A DNA stretch of 64,000 nt from a virus (IMGVR_UViG_3300036770_008700:32001-96000); one strand, 5' to 3'. Positions 16,803 through 27,911 are shown, numbered from the stretch's first letter. Program-made: numbers and translations. Notes: a model not told the origin generated them from the letters alone.

Positions 16803-18041
16803 TTATTTCTTCGAGGAAATACGGATATTTTTCTTTGCAAAATAATCCAAACGTACCTTTACAGTGTATTCACGTTGATAGTTTTTCAAAATCGGGCGTG
16901 AGGTCTTTGCTACAGCCAATAGGTTGTTGTCAGCATCATACAAACCAATGCTAGTGATGAACGCAAAGCTACGTTGAATGTCTTCTTGACCAGCATCAAT
17001 CACAACAATACGCCCATCGCTGTCTGTATAAGTTGGATTGCTGGAATAGTTGAATCTATCTGCTGAAAACTTACAGAAGTAAACGCTGGAGTTGATGTTT
17101 GTTTGGTTTTGAAATGCCATAACTGTGGCATCTGAACCAGTGAAACGAGTAGAACAAACATAGTCAAGAATGTCATCAACAGAAGCTTGATAAAACAAAC
17201 TTCCTGTGCTTGTATACACAGAGCTTGAAAGAAGAGAACCTTCAAACGGTTGTGTGAGAGTTGTTACGCTTTCAATTGTTCCTGTAATGCTTTGTGTTAC
17301 GTTAAAGACACGAGATGCATCAACAATAACAATACCTTGATCATGCCAAATAAGACCAACTGCATTGGTTGTTGCTGTGTCTACAAGAGTACCAACAGAA
17401 CCTCCAGGGAATGAATAGTTTACATTTGTTGCAGAACCAAGGTCTGTGTAAATCTTTTCAGCCGTGCCAGAAGAAGAAAGATCGCTCACCGTTGCATTTG
17501 ATCCGCTATAAAACATTCTGAGAGCATATGTTTCACGCTTTAGTTGATCTCTGGAGAACAAACGTTTAAATGAGAAGAACAATGCTTCTTTAATTGATGT
17601 TCCAACAACAGATGTGCCATCGAAAGAACCTGAGATAAACGTAAACGCTTGTGTATCATTTCCGAGAAGTTGTTGAGCAAATGTACGATAGATATCAATC
17701 TTTTCACGCATCATCAATGAGTTGCTTGGAAAGTAATATTGATCGTTTACTGCATCATAGGATGTTGTTGTTTGAGTAACGAGAAGTGAACTTGTGTGAA
17801 GACCAACAGTAACATCGAATACGGGGTTAGCTGTTTGTAGTGAATAATCTTGGTCAAACACAGTTTGGAATAGAGAAGAAGTAACACCGGGACCGGTACC
17901 AGAGCCTGTTACCCAAACTTGATATTTTCTTCTTGTAACAGAAGAAGAAACGTCGTTGCCGATAACGTCAATAAGCTGCTCAAGCACATCGCTTTGAGTT
18001 CTTTTATCTGTTTGAGCATTGAAAAATTCAAATGTAGCCAT
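16803..18041 (-). CDS. baseplate/tail structural protein
   Basis: In the structural operon; C-terminal ITSIGLYDADNNLLAVAK..RPILK resembles tail-collar fibre domain. Confidence 0.75.
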   Translation of the reverse strand: MATFEFFNAQTDKRTQSDVLEQLIDVIGNDVSSSVTRRKYQVWVTGSGTGPGVTSSLFQTVFDQDYSLQTANPVFDVTVGLHTSSLLVTQTTTSYDAVNDQYYFPSNSLMMREKIDIYRTFAQQLLGNDTQAFTFISGSFDGTSVVGTSIKEALFFSFKRLFSRDQLKRETYALRMFYSGSNATVSDLSSSGTAEKIYTDLGSATNVNYSFPGGSVGTLVDTATTNAVGLIWHDQGIVIVDASRVFNVTQSITGTIESVTTLTQPFEGSLLSSSVYTSTGSLFYQASVDDILDYVCSTRFTGSDATVMAFQNQTNINSSVYFCKFSADRFNYSSNPTYTDSDGRIVVIDAGQEDIQRSFAFITSIGLYDADNNLLAVAKTSRPILKNYQREYTVKVRLDYFAKKNIRISSKK

Positions 18042-18061
18042 CTTGATATTATCCTTTTATT

Positions 18062-18772
18062 TCACTTTGAAATGGAAGCAACGAACTCTTTTACAGCGCC
18101 GCTGCTCATACCTGTTACTCTAACAACAGATCTAATGTTGTTTTTGTTGCTGGGTTGACCGAAAATAAGAAACTGAGCGTTTGTAATAGCTTTTGCTGAG
18201 ATTGCAATGCTAACGGAAGCTCCGCCTTGAGAGCTTGGAGCAGCATTCCTTGTAAGAACATACGTTGCCATGCGGTTGCGATCAATAACAGGTGTACTTC
18301 CAGCAATAAACAAGAATCGATCATCACACATAACCAAGAACTGATTGTCAACAAGTTCTTGTGGAAGAGTTTCACCGCCTGTAAGAGTTTGTTGAATGGT
18401 TACGCTTTGTTGCTGTGGTGATGTTGATGTTGTACTATTAACACCAAGAGTAAGTGTATCCCCAGTTAGTCCAGCAGTTGCAGACAAGGTAAGTAAAGGC
18501 AAGGTATAACGATTTGGATCAGGAAGAGAAACCAATGGATGTACCAAAGCTAGTTTGTTGTTTGTGATAGCTTCGAATACTGGTGTATTCTTTTCAATCT
18601 TTTCTTGACCTACAGTACGTCCGTATCTTACAATCATACCATAATCAACTTCATCGTCTCCAGCAGCAAACTTGATAACATTGAATGTACCTTGTGCCAG
18701 CTTTTGACGACCTAAATCTGTAAGAACGGCGTCTACTATAATGTTGTTTGTATCTTGTTGCAAAAAGCCCAT
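18062..18772 (-). CDS. baseplate/tail structural protein
   Basis: N-terminal DAVLTDLGRQKLA..KFAAGDDE; paralogous start to 26834-27910. Confidence 0.75.
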   Translation of the reverse strand: MGFLQQDTNNIIVDAVLTDLGRQKLAQGTFNVIKFAAGDDEVDYGMIVRYGRTVGQEKIEKNTPVFEAITNNKLALVHPLVSLPDPNRYTLPLLTLSATAGLTGDTLTLGVNSTTSTSPQQQSVTIQQTLTGGETLPQELVDNQFLVMCDDRFLFIAGSTPVIDRNRMATYVLTRNAAPSSQGGASVSIAISAKAITNAQFLIFGQPSNKNNIRSVVRVTGMSSGAVKEFVASISK

Positions 18773-18807
18773 TGTTTAGTTCCTTTTCGTATACTACTAG
18801 TTATGGT

Positions 18808-20619
18808 TCAAGCTGGATTTCTATCATCCATAATGGTTATATCTACAAACTGATCGGTTTGTAGATCTGTGTTAATCAATTGAATCCTGTATTTGTTTTC
18901 TGGTCCAAAGTTCACAATCTTTACATTGTCTCCATTACGCTGTGTTAACTCGTAGTATTCTGGATTAAACACAACAGTCATTTGGGAATAACCTTCGTTT
19001 TTTATTGTGTCAACAAAAGCATCTTTGTTCAAATATAGGTTTGGATAAGGCTTTGGTGCATTTGGTGCCGATGCATCAATACGTTCAATCGTGTTTCGTT
19101 GCTTGTTAAAGTTTATACCGATTTGATTGCTGTAGTTGCTGGTTATGCCATGAGCATCAACACATGCAACAGCGTAAATGTAATAACTTTCTCTGTCAAA
19201 ATCATCATCAATATAACAGGTTGGAGAAAAAACGTCTAGGTTAGTGATTGTTGTTTGGTTAATTACAACATTGTTATCGATGTTTCCTTCACCTTGTATA
19301 AACTGAAACAAACCAGTTGTGCCGGGAGGAGGAGCTACGAAAAACGTTTCAAAACCATTTTGCAAGTCATTAAAATCGTACATTCTAACAAGTTCAAAAG
19401 GACGTTGTGCTGGTCTTACGTCTCCAATATTCTTTCTTCTAAACACTTGAAAATACTTAATGTGTCTTCTTGTATCAATAGGAAAGTTCCAAGTAAGAAC
19501 AGGCTTCTTTAATCCATAATCCCAACGAATAAAAAAATCTGTTGGAGGTTCTGGAGGTGTTAAGTCTTCACACATCACCATTGTTCTTGTTGACTTGCTG
19601 CCAACCAAAAACGTTGAGATAACATTTACACGATTTTCAGGGTCAAATGTTAGTGTTTGGAGCGCAGTAATCACTCTGATAAAGTAAACATAACGTTGGT
19701 TGTAAAGTACCTGTGTGTCAAAGAACTCGGTTGTGTTTGGATCTTCAACGTAAAACGTTGTTTTCTCTACCAGCTCACCTCTTGCAAGTTGACGGTATCT
19801 ATCAATCACATACCCAGTTGTTTGAAACACTAAACCAAAGTCAACTTGTAAATCACTAATTGTTACAGATATCGGATTATCCAGCGATATATCGTATTGC
19901 GAGCCATTAAATCTATTTGCGTACTCTTTAACTGTATTTTGTGTAGAAAACAGTTTTGAAACACCATCTACCATTGACGGTGTGATTGCTAACAATGAAT
20001 CGTTTGTAAGCTTTTCATGAAACAAAGTACCAAACGCTTTATTTGCTACAGGAACAACAGTTGCTATGTTTTCTAGTGAGTTTGCTGGGTCAACTTCTGT
20101 TGTATCAGTGTTTGTTGTGTATGCATAGTTCAAATATTTGTTAAGGTATTCTTGAGTTACTCCTTCTGGAGTTATTTCATGCAAGGCTCTAACAGCGTCT
20201 GTAAGCCCAGCATTAACACGATTATAGTTTATTTGTCCGTACAACCGACTTAAATACTTTTGACGTTCGGTAACAAAACTGTTTTCTTGTTGTTTGAATG
20301 TGTCAAAGTAAGCAAGAGATAAATCGTCTTCGTCTAATATCTTGTTTGCATTAGCTTCAATTGAAATATCAATAAACTCTTGCTTTACAACTGTGTTTGA
20401 TCCAACGTTTACTTTATTCCATGAAAGCCGCACGTATCTTGGTACATTTCTGGAGAAGTCAACTGTGTTTGGCCGAGCGTTAGTTGCAATAGAAGGATTT
20501 ATTAGCTCGTCTGGACGATAAAAGTTGTAGTTGAACGTTGCATCAAACGTTTGAATCTCTGGAATGTCTGCGATTGTGATTGGCAGAGAAGGTAAGGATT
20601 CTCCTATTGTTACAGCCAT
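18808..20619 (-). CDS. structural protein with FN3/Ig-like segments
   Basis: PPEPPTDF..LTWNF..FQVFR..YYIYAVACVDAHG..SNYS resembles FN3. Confidence 0.7.
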   Translation of the reverse strand: MAVTIGESLPSLPITIADIPEIQTFDATFNYNFYRPDELINPSIATNARPNTVDFSRNVPRYVRLSWNKVNVGSNTVVKQEFIDISIEANANKILDEDDLSLAYFDTFKQQENSFVTERQKYLSRLYGQINYNRVNAGLTDAVRALHEITPEGVTQEYLNKYLNYAYTTNTDTTEVDPANSLENIATVVPVANKAFGTLFHEKLTNDSLLAITPSMVDGVSKLFSTQNTVKEYANRFNGSQYDISLDNPISVTISDLQVDFGLVFQTTGYVIDRYRQLARGELVEKTTFYVEDPNTTEFFDTQVLYNQRYVYFIRVITALQTLTFDPENRVNVISTFLVGSKSTRTMVMCEDLTPPEPPTDFFIRWDYGLKKPVLTWNFPIDTRRHIKYFQVFRRKNIGDVRPAQRPFELVRMYDFNDLQNGFETFFVAPPPGTTGLFQFIQGEGNIDNNVVINQTTITNLDVFSPTCYIDDDFDRESYYIYAVACVDAHGITSNYSNQIGINFNKQRNTIERIDASAPNAPKPYPNLYLNKDAFVDTIKNEGYSQMTVVFNPEYYELTQRNGDNVKIVNFGPENKYRIQLINTDLQTDQFVDITIMDDRNPA

Positions 20620-23600
20620 TATCTTACAAGCTCCACGTTGATAAAGTACGAATCAAGTAAAAGACCTTCAGACTTCTTATAAGTCTCGCCGTTATTAGTG
20701 TATGTTTGACCTGTATTAACTAGCTTCTGTAATAAAGCATCACCTTCAAACGTTTGACTCATTGCATTAGTATCAATAGGAAACCTATCAATATCGTACA
20801 AGATGTTGAAAACACGGTCGTAATCCTTTTGACGAAATACAGTTTTTGGAATGTCGTTGCAAAGAGTTAGCATTAGCTTTAAATCATCTTGACTTGCTTG
20901 AAACGCTGATAGAAGTTCACGATATTCTGGTGTCATAAACTTAACCTTGGTCAAGTCTGCGGTGCCAAGTTGTATCTTTTGCATTTCAGTTACAAACTGA
21001 GTTGTTTCCGCTTCTGTGTAGGATATAAACGTTTCTTCACTAGTATTCAATCCAGTAGTAACATGAACATACATGTCTAGAATAAAGCTACGATACAAGT
21101 TCTCTGCTACTTCTGCTCCCAGCTTTCTTCTATCAATTGATGCGTTGTAATATCCATCAGAACCAACAAACTGCGTTGTTGTTTTTGCAGTAACTTCATC
21201 AAATGGTTGGTCTTCGTCAAAATCATAAAACTGAAACAAATCTCTTAGTGAATAATAGTTCTCTCTTGATAGCTGTTCTACCGGATATGCATCAAACCCT
21301 CTGGCAAATAAGGATAAATCAAATTTGAACTGTTGTGGTTTATAAATTATTCCATCGTTGTTCTTGTCAAGTTTGTAAACCTTTATGTTAATCAAGTCGC
21401 TGGTGCTTTCCTCCAGCTTACCATTGTTTACTTCACTCTTGTTTAGTCGGGCTCCAAGTGCTGATTTTACAAACCCATATGGTATTCCAACAGTAACAAT
21501 CTTTTTCTTGCTACTACCAACAAAATCGTTTTGTTTCATAGCAGCCTTAACAGCTGCCCAGTTTCTATCGCTCACAGCTTTACCCGCTGGCAAATAGAAA
21601 TCCAAAGCTCTAGAGTTGTTTGGATTATATACAGCTCTTTTATTCACTATGTTTGCAAGAATACCTTTTGCAGTTCTCGTTGTACTCAATGAGTTAGGAT
21701 TATTAGTGTTAACTTCCTTTATTACTAACAACTCTTGATTTGTTGGAGATACCACATTAGTAAAGCGATTGTTTAACTGCTCAAAAAACATCAATATGTT
21801 TTCAATGATACGATCTTCCTGTGATAGCTTGGTTCCATAGTCAGTGAGAATCTCGCTATACTGTGGAGCACCACGCACAAAGTTTCTTATATCAGCAGAT
21901 ACTTGCGACAATGCATTTCCAACAAAGTTAAGCTGAATATATTGTGTTGTTGGCAGTTTTGTGTTTTGATTGCTTTCTACTAAGTTATACGTTATGTTCT
22001 TGGTTGCAAACTGATCAACTAAGTTAGAAAACATCTCAAACATAAGCAGAACAAAGCCTGATAGGGTTAAACCGTTGTATCGTGTAACACTTGTCCCAGG
22101 AAATAAATGATATGCTATTTCGTTTGTGCTAGCTGCTGCAAACATTTCCTTGCACATATCCAAAACGTTCTTGAACAAGTTGTCGGTTGTTCTTAATGCG
22201 TAAATCAAATTAGAAAACTGTTGGATCTGAACTTGTGCAATGTTGTTTTCTGGATTCCTGTTATTTGAAGGAGGTGCAGGTACTCCTTTTCCAAGTTGTT
22301 GCTTTTGTTGGTTTTGCTGTTTTATTATTGATTGATTTTTTGACAGCCCAGTTCCTGTTTTGTTGACAGAAGTAGAAGGAGGAAGCGGAGCTACGTTCTT
22401 AAGAACCAACTGCCTTACAACAGCTATCTGATTGTCTAAAAGGTTGGGAATATTGTTTTCGTTAAGATTCTCAGAAAATCCTTGAATGTTTTGTTGTGAC
22501 AGTTCACTTAGCAACAAGTCTCTGAATTTATCAGTTTGTGCAACATCTTGAGTAACAGTTTTGCGTGTGTCATACAAAGCAACAAGAAGTAAAAGTTTAT
22601 AAACTTCAAATTTGATTTTTGGACTTGAGTTGCCCAAAGAAAACAACACAAAGCTTAACAGGTTTGTCGAATCGTTGTTGTTACCACGAACAAGGTCTTG
22701 TGAAGATACGTAATACTGCAACATTGAACTCAACATACGGCTTGATAACAAACCATTTGATGTACTATCAAAAGAATCTTGTTGCAGTAAAAGCTTATTG
22801 AAAACGTTTCGTGCTTTTGTAATACGTTCAGAAAACGTTTCACGGTAACTATTGTATGTAGTAAAGTCTCCGTTCAAGATGCCGTCAGAAAAGTAGTTTG
22901 TTCCTGGGACAAATACAGTTTCACCATCGCCAGCAACTTGACGACTCTCAAAAGGCAATACAACAGCATTTTGTGTGCTTGTTTTCAGATAAAACAATGT
23001 AGACAAACTGTTGCTACCAAGAGGAGCAACAAATATGTCTGATGGAGGACTGCCAATCAGATTATCAAAAGGATTGCCTTGGTTACCAAAACCAAAAAAG
23101 CTCGCTTCTGGGATTTTATACTTACCTAAACCTTTTGATACTCTAAACTCCTTAGATAACAGGTTAACTAAGAACTTAAACCTGTCGGTGCTAGTAGCTG
23201 GCAAAACGTTTAAAACGCCGTTAAACGTTACGTAATCAACAATGTACTTACCACGAATAGCATTCGAGGTATATAAAAGGTTATCGCCGTATGTCAAGTC
23301 AAGAGTTATAGAGTCTTGTACTCTTTGCTGACGAGAAGAAACTGGATTGCTAACATATGCAGAACGATCTGCGTCAGTGAAGTTAGACAAAAGATTAAAT
23401 GAACACTTCTCCAGTATACCACTCAAATCAAACAATAATTGATAAAGTATTTTTGTATCAGAAAACCCATTATAGGATTGCTCTGAAAATAACATTCGTT
23501 GACTAACAAAGTTTCTTAAACCAAGATAAGGTGTTTTGAATGCATATGCTGCATCCATGTTGTTTTTCAAATCCAAAACATTGTTGATTTCCTTGATTTT

Positions 23601-24368
23601 TCTTATTAGTCCATCCAGGGTTCTTATGGTTCCTCTAGAACGTTCTACATCTTGATTTACTCTTGTTGATATTGAGTTTAAAACCGAGCTAAACTGCGTA
23701 TCAACCGTTGCACGATTAAGAATCAAATACTTTCGCAAAGTGTCTCGTATCAAGCTTGATTGATACAAGTCGTCAAAATAGTTACCAAATCTTGTTTTAA
23801 CGGTGTATTGATATAGATCGTAGATAGGTTTAAAATCGGTTAGTGTAATAATCTCACCACGTAATCTTGATATATCCAAAACAGGCTGACCATTAACAAA
23901 AGTATGGGTATCCAACGACAATGTTTCTTCTACCATGTCGCTTTGAGTTAACAATTTAACAGGGTTTGGCTTTGGTTTGAATATTACAGGCGGTGCAATA
24001 AATGGCTCTGCCCTCCCAGTGAGTGCAATGATAGGTACAAGCACAGTATTTTGCCTGGCATCCATTACCATAGAAACACCAAAACTTCTTGGTGTAGGAG
24101 TTACTCTTGTTGTATTAATCGTTAATACTGGCAAAGGAATGTTTGCGCTTGAGACACTATCGGAAATCGGAGATGGTCCAACTGGAACTGTTACCACAGG
24201 AGATGATAATGGGGAAGGAACTGTGGTTGATGAAAATGGTGTTATAGAACCAGCGACTTGAGGAGTGTTTGTTGTGGTTGTAGTTGCTGTAGGAACCAAT
24301 GTAGGAGTGTAAGCAGGTTGTATAGCTATATTTGTTCTTGTTTGGTTACCATTTCTTGTTGCACCCAT
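20619..24368 (-). CDS. large putative virion protein (1249 aa)
   Basis: Long ORF in the structural operon; P/T/S-rich N-terminus. Confidence 0.7.
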   Translation of the reverse strand: MGATRNGNQTRTNIAIQPAYTPTLVPTATTTTTNTPQVAGSITPFSSTTVPSPLSSPVVTVPVGPSPISDSVSSANIPLPVLTINTTRVTPTPRSFGVSMVMDARQNTVLVPIIALTGRAEPFIAPPVIFKPKPNPVKLLTQSDMVEETLSLDTHTFVNGQPVLDISRLRGEIITLTDFKPIYDLYQYTVKTRFGNYFDDLYQSSLIRDTLRKYLILNRATVDTQFSSVLNSISTRVNQDVERSRGTIRTLDGLIRKIKEINNVLDLKNNMDAAYAFKTPYLGLRNFVSQRMLFSEQSYNGFSDTKILYQLLFDLSGILEKCSFNLLSNFTDADRSAYVSNPVSSRQQRVQDSITLDLTYGDNLLYTSNAIRGKYIVDYVTFNGVLNVLPATSTDRFKFLVNLLSKEFRVSKGLGKYKIPEASFFGFGNQGNPFDNLIGSPPSDIFVAPLGSNSLSTLFYLKTSTQNAVVLPFESRQVAGDGETVFVPGTNYFSDGILNGDFTTYNSYRETFSERITKARNVFNKLLLQQDSFDSTSNGLLSSRMLSSMLQYYVSSQDLVRGNNNDSTNLLSFVLFSLGNSSPKIKFEVYKLLLLVALYDTRKTVTQDVAQTDKFRDLLLSELSQQNIQGFSENLNENNIPNLLDNQIAVVRQLVLKNVAPLPPSTSVNKTGTGLSKNQSIIKQQNQQKQQLGKGVPAPPSNNRNPENNIAQVQIQQFSNLIYALRTTDNLFKNVLDMCKEMFAAASTNEIAYHLFPGTSVTRYNGLTLSGFVLLMFEMFSNLVDQFATKNITYNLVESNQNTKLPTTQYIQLNFVGNALSQVSADIRNFVRGAPQYSEILTDYGTKLSQEDRIIENILMFFEQLNNRFTNVVSPTNQELLVIKEVNTNNPNSLSTTRTAKGILANIVNKRAVYNPNNSRALDFYLPAGKAVSDRNWAAVKAAMKQNDFVGSSKKKIVTVGIPYGFVKSALGARLNKSEVNNGKLEESTSDLINIKVYKLDKNNDGIIYKPQQFKFDLSLFARGFDAYPVEQLSRENYYSLRDLFQFYDFDEDQPFDEVTAKTTTQFVGSDGYYNASIDRRKLGAEVAENLYRSFILDMYVHVTTGLNTSEETFISYTEAETTQFVTEMQKIQLGTADLTKVKFMTPEYRELLSAFQASQDDLKLMLTLCNDIPKTVFRQKDYDRVFNILYDIDRFPIDTNAMSQTFEGDALLQKLVNTGQTYTNNGETYKKSEGLLLDSYFINVELVR

Positions 24369-24369
24369 G

Positions 24370-26760
24370 TTATATCACCACTTCATTGCTAGTATAATCT
24401 GGACTAAGGTTTAAGTTGAAATATTGCATCGTTATGATGTACCTAAATACCCCAGAATCTGTATACCTCACAGCATCAGTAAACAAATAGTTGTTCAGCA
24501 CGTTAATCCCATGAGCTTTTCCAATCAAGTCCAACTTGCCTGTTGCTACGTTCTGTCTGCGAATAATAAAATGGCTTATGTGAGATTGATCACCGTTAAC
24601 ACTCCACGTTAAATCAACTTGCTTGCTGTTAAAAGCACTTGCTTTTAAGTTGTTGATGCTGGGAGATGGTGGCTTAAGGTCCAAAGAAATATAGCTGATA
24701 TCTGTAATGTCTGCAAACTCTAGTTGATCAAAACCATATTGTAGAACAAACTCATCTCCACTTTTCTTTGGGTTGGTTCCTGTAAGCAAACCATATGGAT
24801 TGTTGACGTTGTAAGGTGTGTAAGTATAAGAAGGTGGACTTAGCTTGCCGTTTGTTCTTGGTGTGGAAGAACCAGTTAGAACAACTGCTTGCAAAAGAGT
24901 TGCAGGGTTTCTAACAAACGTTGTTAATTCGTAAACATATTGTGAACCACGATTCAAAGGACCATATTTCGTTGTGCTTTGCACGTAGTTTCCATCGATA
25001 TAAGCCATAAATAACTTATCGTTTGTTTCCAAGTCACGAAGTTCTACCTTGGTCACCAATAACTCCTTGAGACGTTCACGCTTGATATCGTCACCAAAGT
25101 ACTGAATCAATCCTTGATTGACAAGAAACTGTTTAACGTTGTCCTCTAGCTTGTTCGTAATAGCATAGTTGATATTAAAACTTACATCGTAATATTGCGT
25201 GCTGCTTCCTGGCAACTGGATTGGTGTAATGTTTGGTGAGGTTGCTGTTACTGTTGCATAATCTTGTGTTTGAGGAAGATAAGCAAACTCAATAACCCCA
25301 GAAGATTCAAAACGTTGACCTCTTATGTCAACCAAAGCACAACGATACCGATATGATTTGTATCGATCCAATCCTGTATCAAGATATGCATAACTTGCAT
25401 TGCTGCCTTGGCCTCCAATAAAAAACGTTGAAAGCATAGTTTCAATGTTGTTAGTTAGGTTAGTACGATAAAGCTCTAAAAATGCTATATCGTCTGGAAT
25501 TTGACTTATTGAAAGTCTTAGACCTTCTCGATTGTATTCGGGACTCAAACTAACAAACACGTTATCTTTTGTTGATGTTACTTCGCTCGCTTCTACTTCA
25601 ACTATTTGACTTGTGAAGTCACTGCTTGTATCAGAGTTTGCGTTGTAAGACAATGCACGAAACAATAAAAGACCAACGCTAGAGTTTTGAATGTTGAATA
25701 TTCTTGTTTCTCCAGCTGGGAGATCAAAACTACCGATTACTTCTTGTGTGACTTCGTTTGTTTTTACACTTGGATTGTAAACAGTTTTGTATATCTTTAC
25801 ACCAGTGCCGTTTACATCTCTTTGCTTAACTGTTACCAATAGTTGTCCACCAGCAAGTTTCACAACATTAAAATCTGGTGGTATTGTAGCTCTTTGCAAA
25901 CGTGACAAATTTGTTTTATGTTTAACAAGCTTTACAAACTCTTGCACCAAATTGTTTTTTGTGTCATAAATTGAAAACATCAAGTAAAAGTCTTGTGTCC
26001 CTACTGATTCAGCTGGGAATAAGAACTCTGGATGAATATTGATAACATCACGTTCAACAACGCTATATGATTGCAATCTAGGTTCAGAATTGTTATCAAT
26101 ATTGTTTGTTGTCATTAAGCTTTCAGCAATTAATGATTCAATTTTGTTTTGGTTGCTATTGTAGAACTTTCCTACCAAACCGTTATTTGATTCGTAAGAA
26201 GTATTGACGGAATATATTAGTTTGATTGAGTCTGCTGGGTCTGTTTTGTATTGATTCAGCAACTCTTTACTTAGCTGCACAACTGTTCTATCTTCGTTTA
26301 AAGGTTGTTGTGCTATGCTGTTTGGGGCTGCATATACTTCGTTTCTTACTGCGTCTTTGGGGTTGTTTGTTACAACGGTATAACCAACACCATGATTGAA
26401 CTTATCAATTAAGTCTTTGAGTGTGTAAGTTTGAGAAGCAAGGGTATTGTTTCTGGTAGTTGTTATGCTTGTGGTTATGTTGAATGCACGTTTTTGAATG
26501 TTTTTAACCAACTGTGTAGAGTTTTGGTTTAAAACGTTAAGCACTTGCATATCTTGATTGAACACGGACAAGGGAACAGCGTTCTTTGGATTTTCTTTGT
26601 ATGCACGAAGTATTAGTTGTGTTGCTACAGAGTTGAGTGCAGCTGTTTTGCTTATTTGCAAGTTAAAACGATACAAATAATTTTCTGACGTTGCGTATTC
26701 TAGAGACGCAAAATCATCTGAGGTAGCTATAACTTGAACGGTATTTATTTTTACTTGCAC
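24370..26760 (-). CDS. structural protein with FN3/Ig-like segments
   Basis: GTG start; YLDTGLDRYKSYRYR and VDLTWSV..HFIIRR patterns. Confidence 0.7.
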   Translation of the reverse strand: MQVKINTVQVIATSDDFASLEYATSENYLYRFNLQISKTAALNSVATQLILRAYKENPKNAVPLSVFNQDMQVLNVLNQNSTQLVKNIQKRAFNITTSITTTRNNTLASQTYTLKDLIDKFNHGVGYTVVTNNPKDAVRNEVYAAPNSIAQQPLNEDRTVVQLSKELLNQYKTDPADSIKLIYSVNTSYESNNGLVGKFYNSNQNKIESLIAESLMTTNNIDNNSEPRLQSYSVVERDVINIHPEFLFPAESVGTQDFYLMFSIYDTKNNLVQEFVKLVKHKTNLSRLQRATIPPDFNVVKLAGGQLLVTVKQRDVNGTGVKIYKTVYNPSVKTNEVTQEVIGSFDLPAGETRIFNIQNSSVGLLLFRALSYNANSDTSSDFTSQIVEVEASEVTSTKDNVFVSLSPEYNREGLRLSISQIPDDIAFLELYRTNLTNNIETMLSTFFIGGQGSNASYAYLDTGLDRYKSYRYRCALVDIRGQRFESSGVIEFAYLPQTQDYATVTATSPNITPIQLPGSSTQYYDVSFNINYAITNKLEDNVKQFLVNQGLIQYFGDDIKRERLKELLVTKVELRDLETNDKLFMAYIDGNYVQSTTKYGPLNRGSQYVYELTTFVRNPATLLQAVVLTGSSTPRTNGKLSPPSYTYTPYNVNNPYGLLTGTNPKKSGDEFVLQYGFDQLEFADITDISYISLDLKPPSPSINNLKASAFNSKQVDLTWSVNGDQSHISHFIIRRQNVATGKLDLIGKAHGINVLNNYLFTDAVRYTDSGVFRYIITMQYFNLNLSPDYTSNEVVI

Positions 26761-26833
26761 AGTGTCTTAGACCTATTCCATATATAGTGATTTATACAAA
26801 TCAGAATAGATTGTGGAGGGAACGTTTTGCAAA

Positions 26834-27910
26834 CTATTGGAAAATGAGGCTGAACATGTTTATGAATTTATCGTTACCTGTAGCGTCTGTTAAAACTTTA
26901 CCAACAAAGTAAACATGAATTTTTGTTGTGGCTGTTACAAGGTCTGGATTTAAAGGCGTCGGTATAGCATCTGGAAACAATGGAAGTAATGGTGAGTTGT
27001 TGGCTACGCTAAACACACCAAAGTCAACAACGTCCAGCTTTGTTACTTTACCGTTTGCCATCTCAAACATTTGTCCAACAATTCTGTTGGTGATTGTTGT
27101 TTCACTAAATCCAATTGTTGTGCGTTGTAGTTGAACACGCTCTTGAACTGTACCATTCGCAACAACAATGTTGTTAAACTCGTTCTTTAAATCACTGAAT
27201 GTTAAGATCTGACGGTTACCGTTAATGGCACCTGCATAGTTTCCTATAGGTTGTGTAGCTGCGCTAGCACCATCTGCTCTATTAACAGGAGGCAAATAGG
27301 AAAAGTTGTCTATGTGAGATAACCTGCGGTCAAAGAAAAGGTTTTCTGTACCCTCTAAATTACCAACTGTTACACCTCCAGCTAATATAGAGTTGTTTGT
27401 TATATGGTAGGTTACCGAACTAGTGGTAACGATAAACTCATCACGATTGGTATAAAGCAAGTCAGGACTTTTCAATATCATTAACTTGCGAAAGTTGTTG
27501 GTGTTGTCTCCAAGAACCGTTGATGCAACAGAAGCAAAAGTCGCAGAACTTGATAGAATCTCTGGCGTGCCATTCTCCCAGCCCTTAACAAGTTGTCCAC
27601 CTATAACACGAACTGTACCTTGAGAGCTTGTAAAATAGTTGTTGTTGCCGGAAACTCTTAAACCACCACTATCATCTGCTTCAAAGGTAATTTGATCTTG
27701 TGGAAGTGGAAAAGCTTCAAAGGTTAAAATGGTTCTTATGCTGGAATCTGGAACTGTACCTGTGACGTATGTATCTAATGATGAATACACAGCACTAGAA
27801 TCACCAAACGAATAAAATGCTGGGATAAACTGACCTGTTCCTAGTTGTCTTCTACCTTCATCTGTGATGATGGTATCTAAGATTCTTGTTTTGTTGTCAA
27901 TAAGTCCCAT
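26834..27910 (-). CDS. baseplate/tail structural protein
   Basis: MGLIDNKTRILDTIITDEGRRQL..FGD is paralogous to the start of 18062-18772. Confidence 0.7.
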   Translation of the reverse strand: MGLIDNKTRILDTIITDEGRRQLGTGQFIPAFYSFGDSSAVYSSLDTYVTGTVPDSSIRTILTFEAFPLPQDQITFEADDSGGLRVSGNNNYFTSSQGTVRVIGGQLVKGWENGTPEILSSSATFASVASTVLGDNTNNFRKLMILKSPDLLYTNRDEFIVTTSSVTYHITNNSILAGGVTVGNLEGTENLFFDRRLSHIDNFSYLPPVNRADGASAATQPIGNYAGAINGNRQILTFSDLKNEFNNIVVANGTVQERVQLQRTTIGFSETTITNRIVGQMFEMANGKVTKLDVVDFGVFSVANNSPLLPLFPDAIPTPLNPDLVTATTKIHVYFVGKVLTDATGNDKFINMFSLIFQ

Positions 27911-27911
27911 T

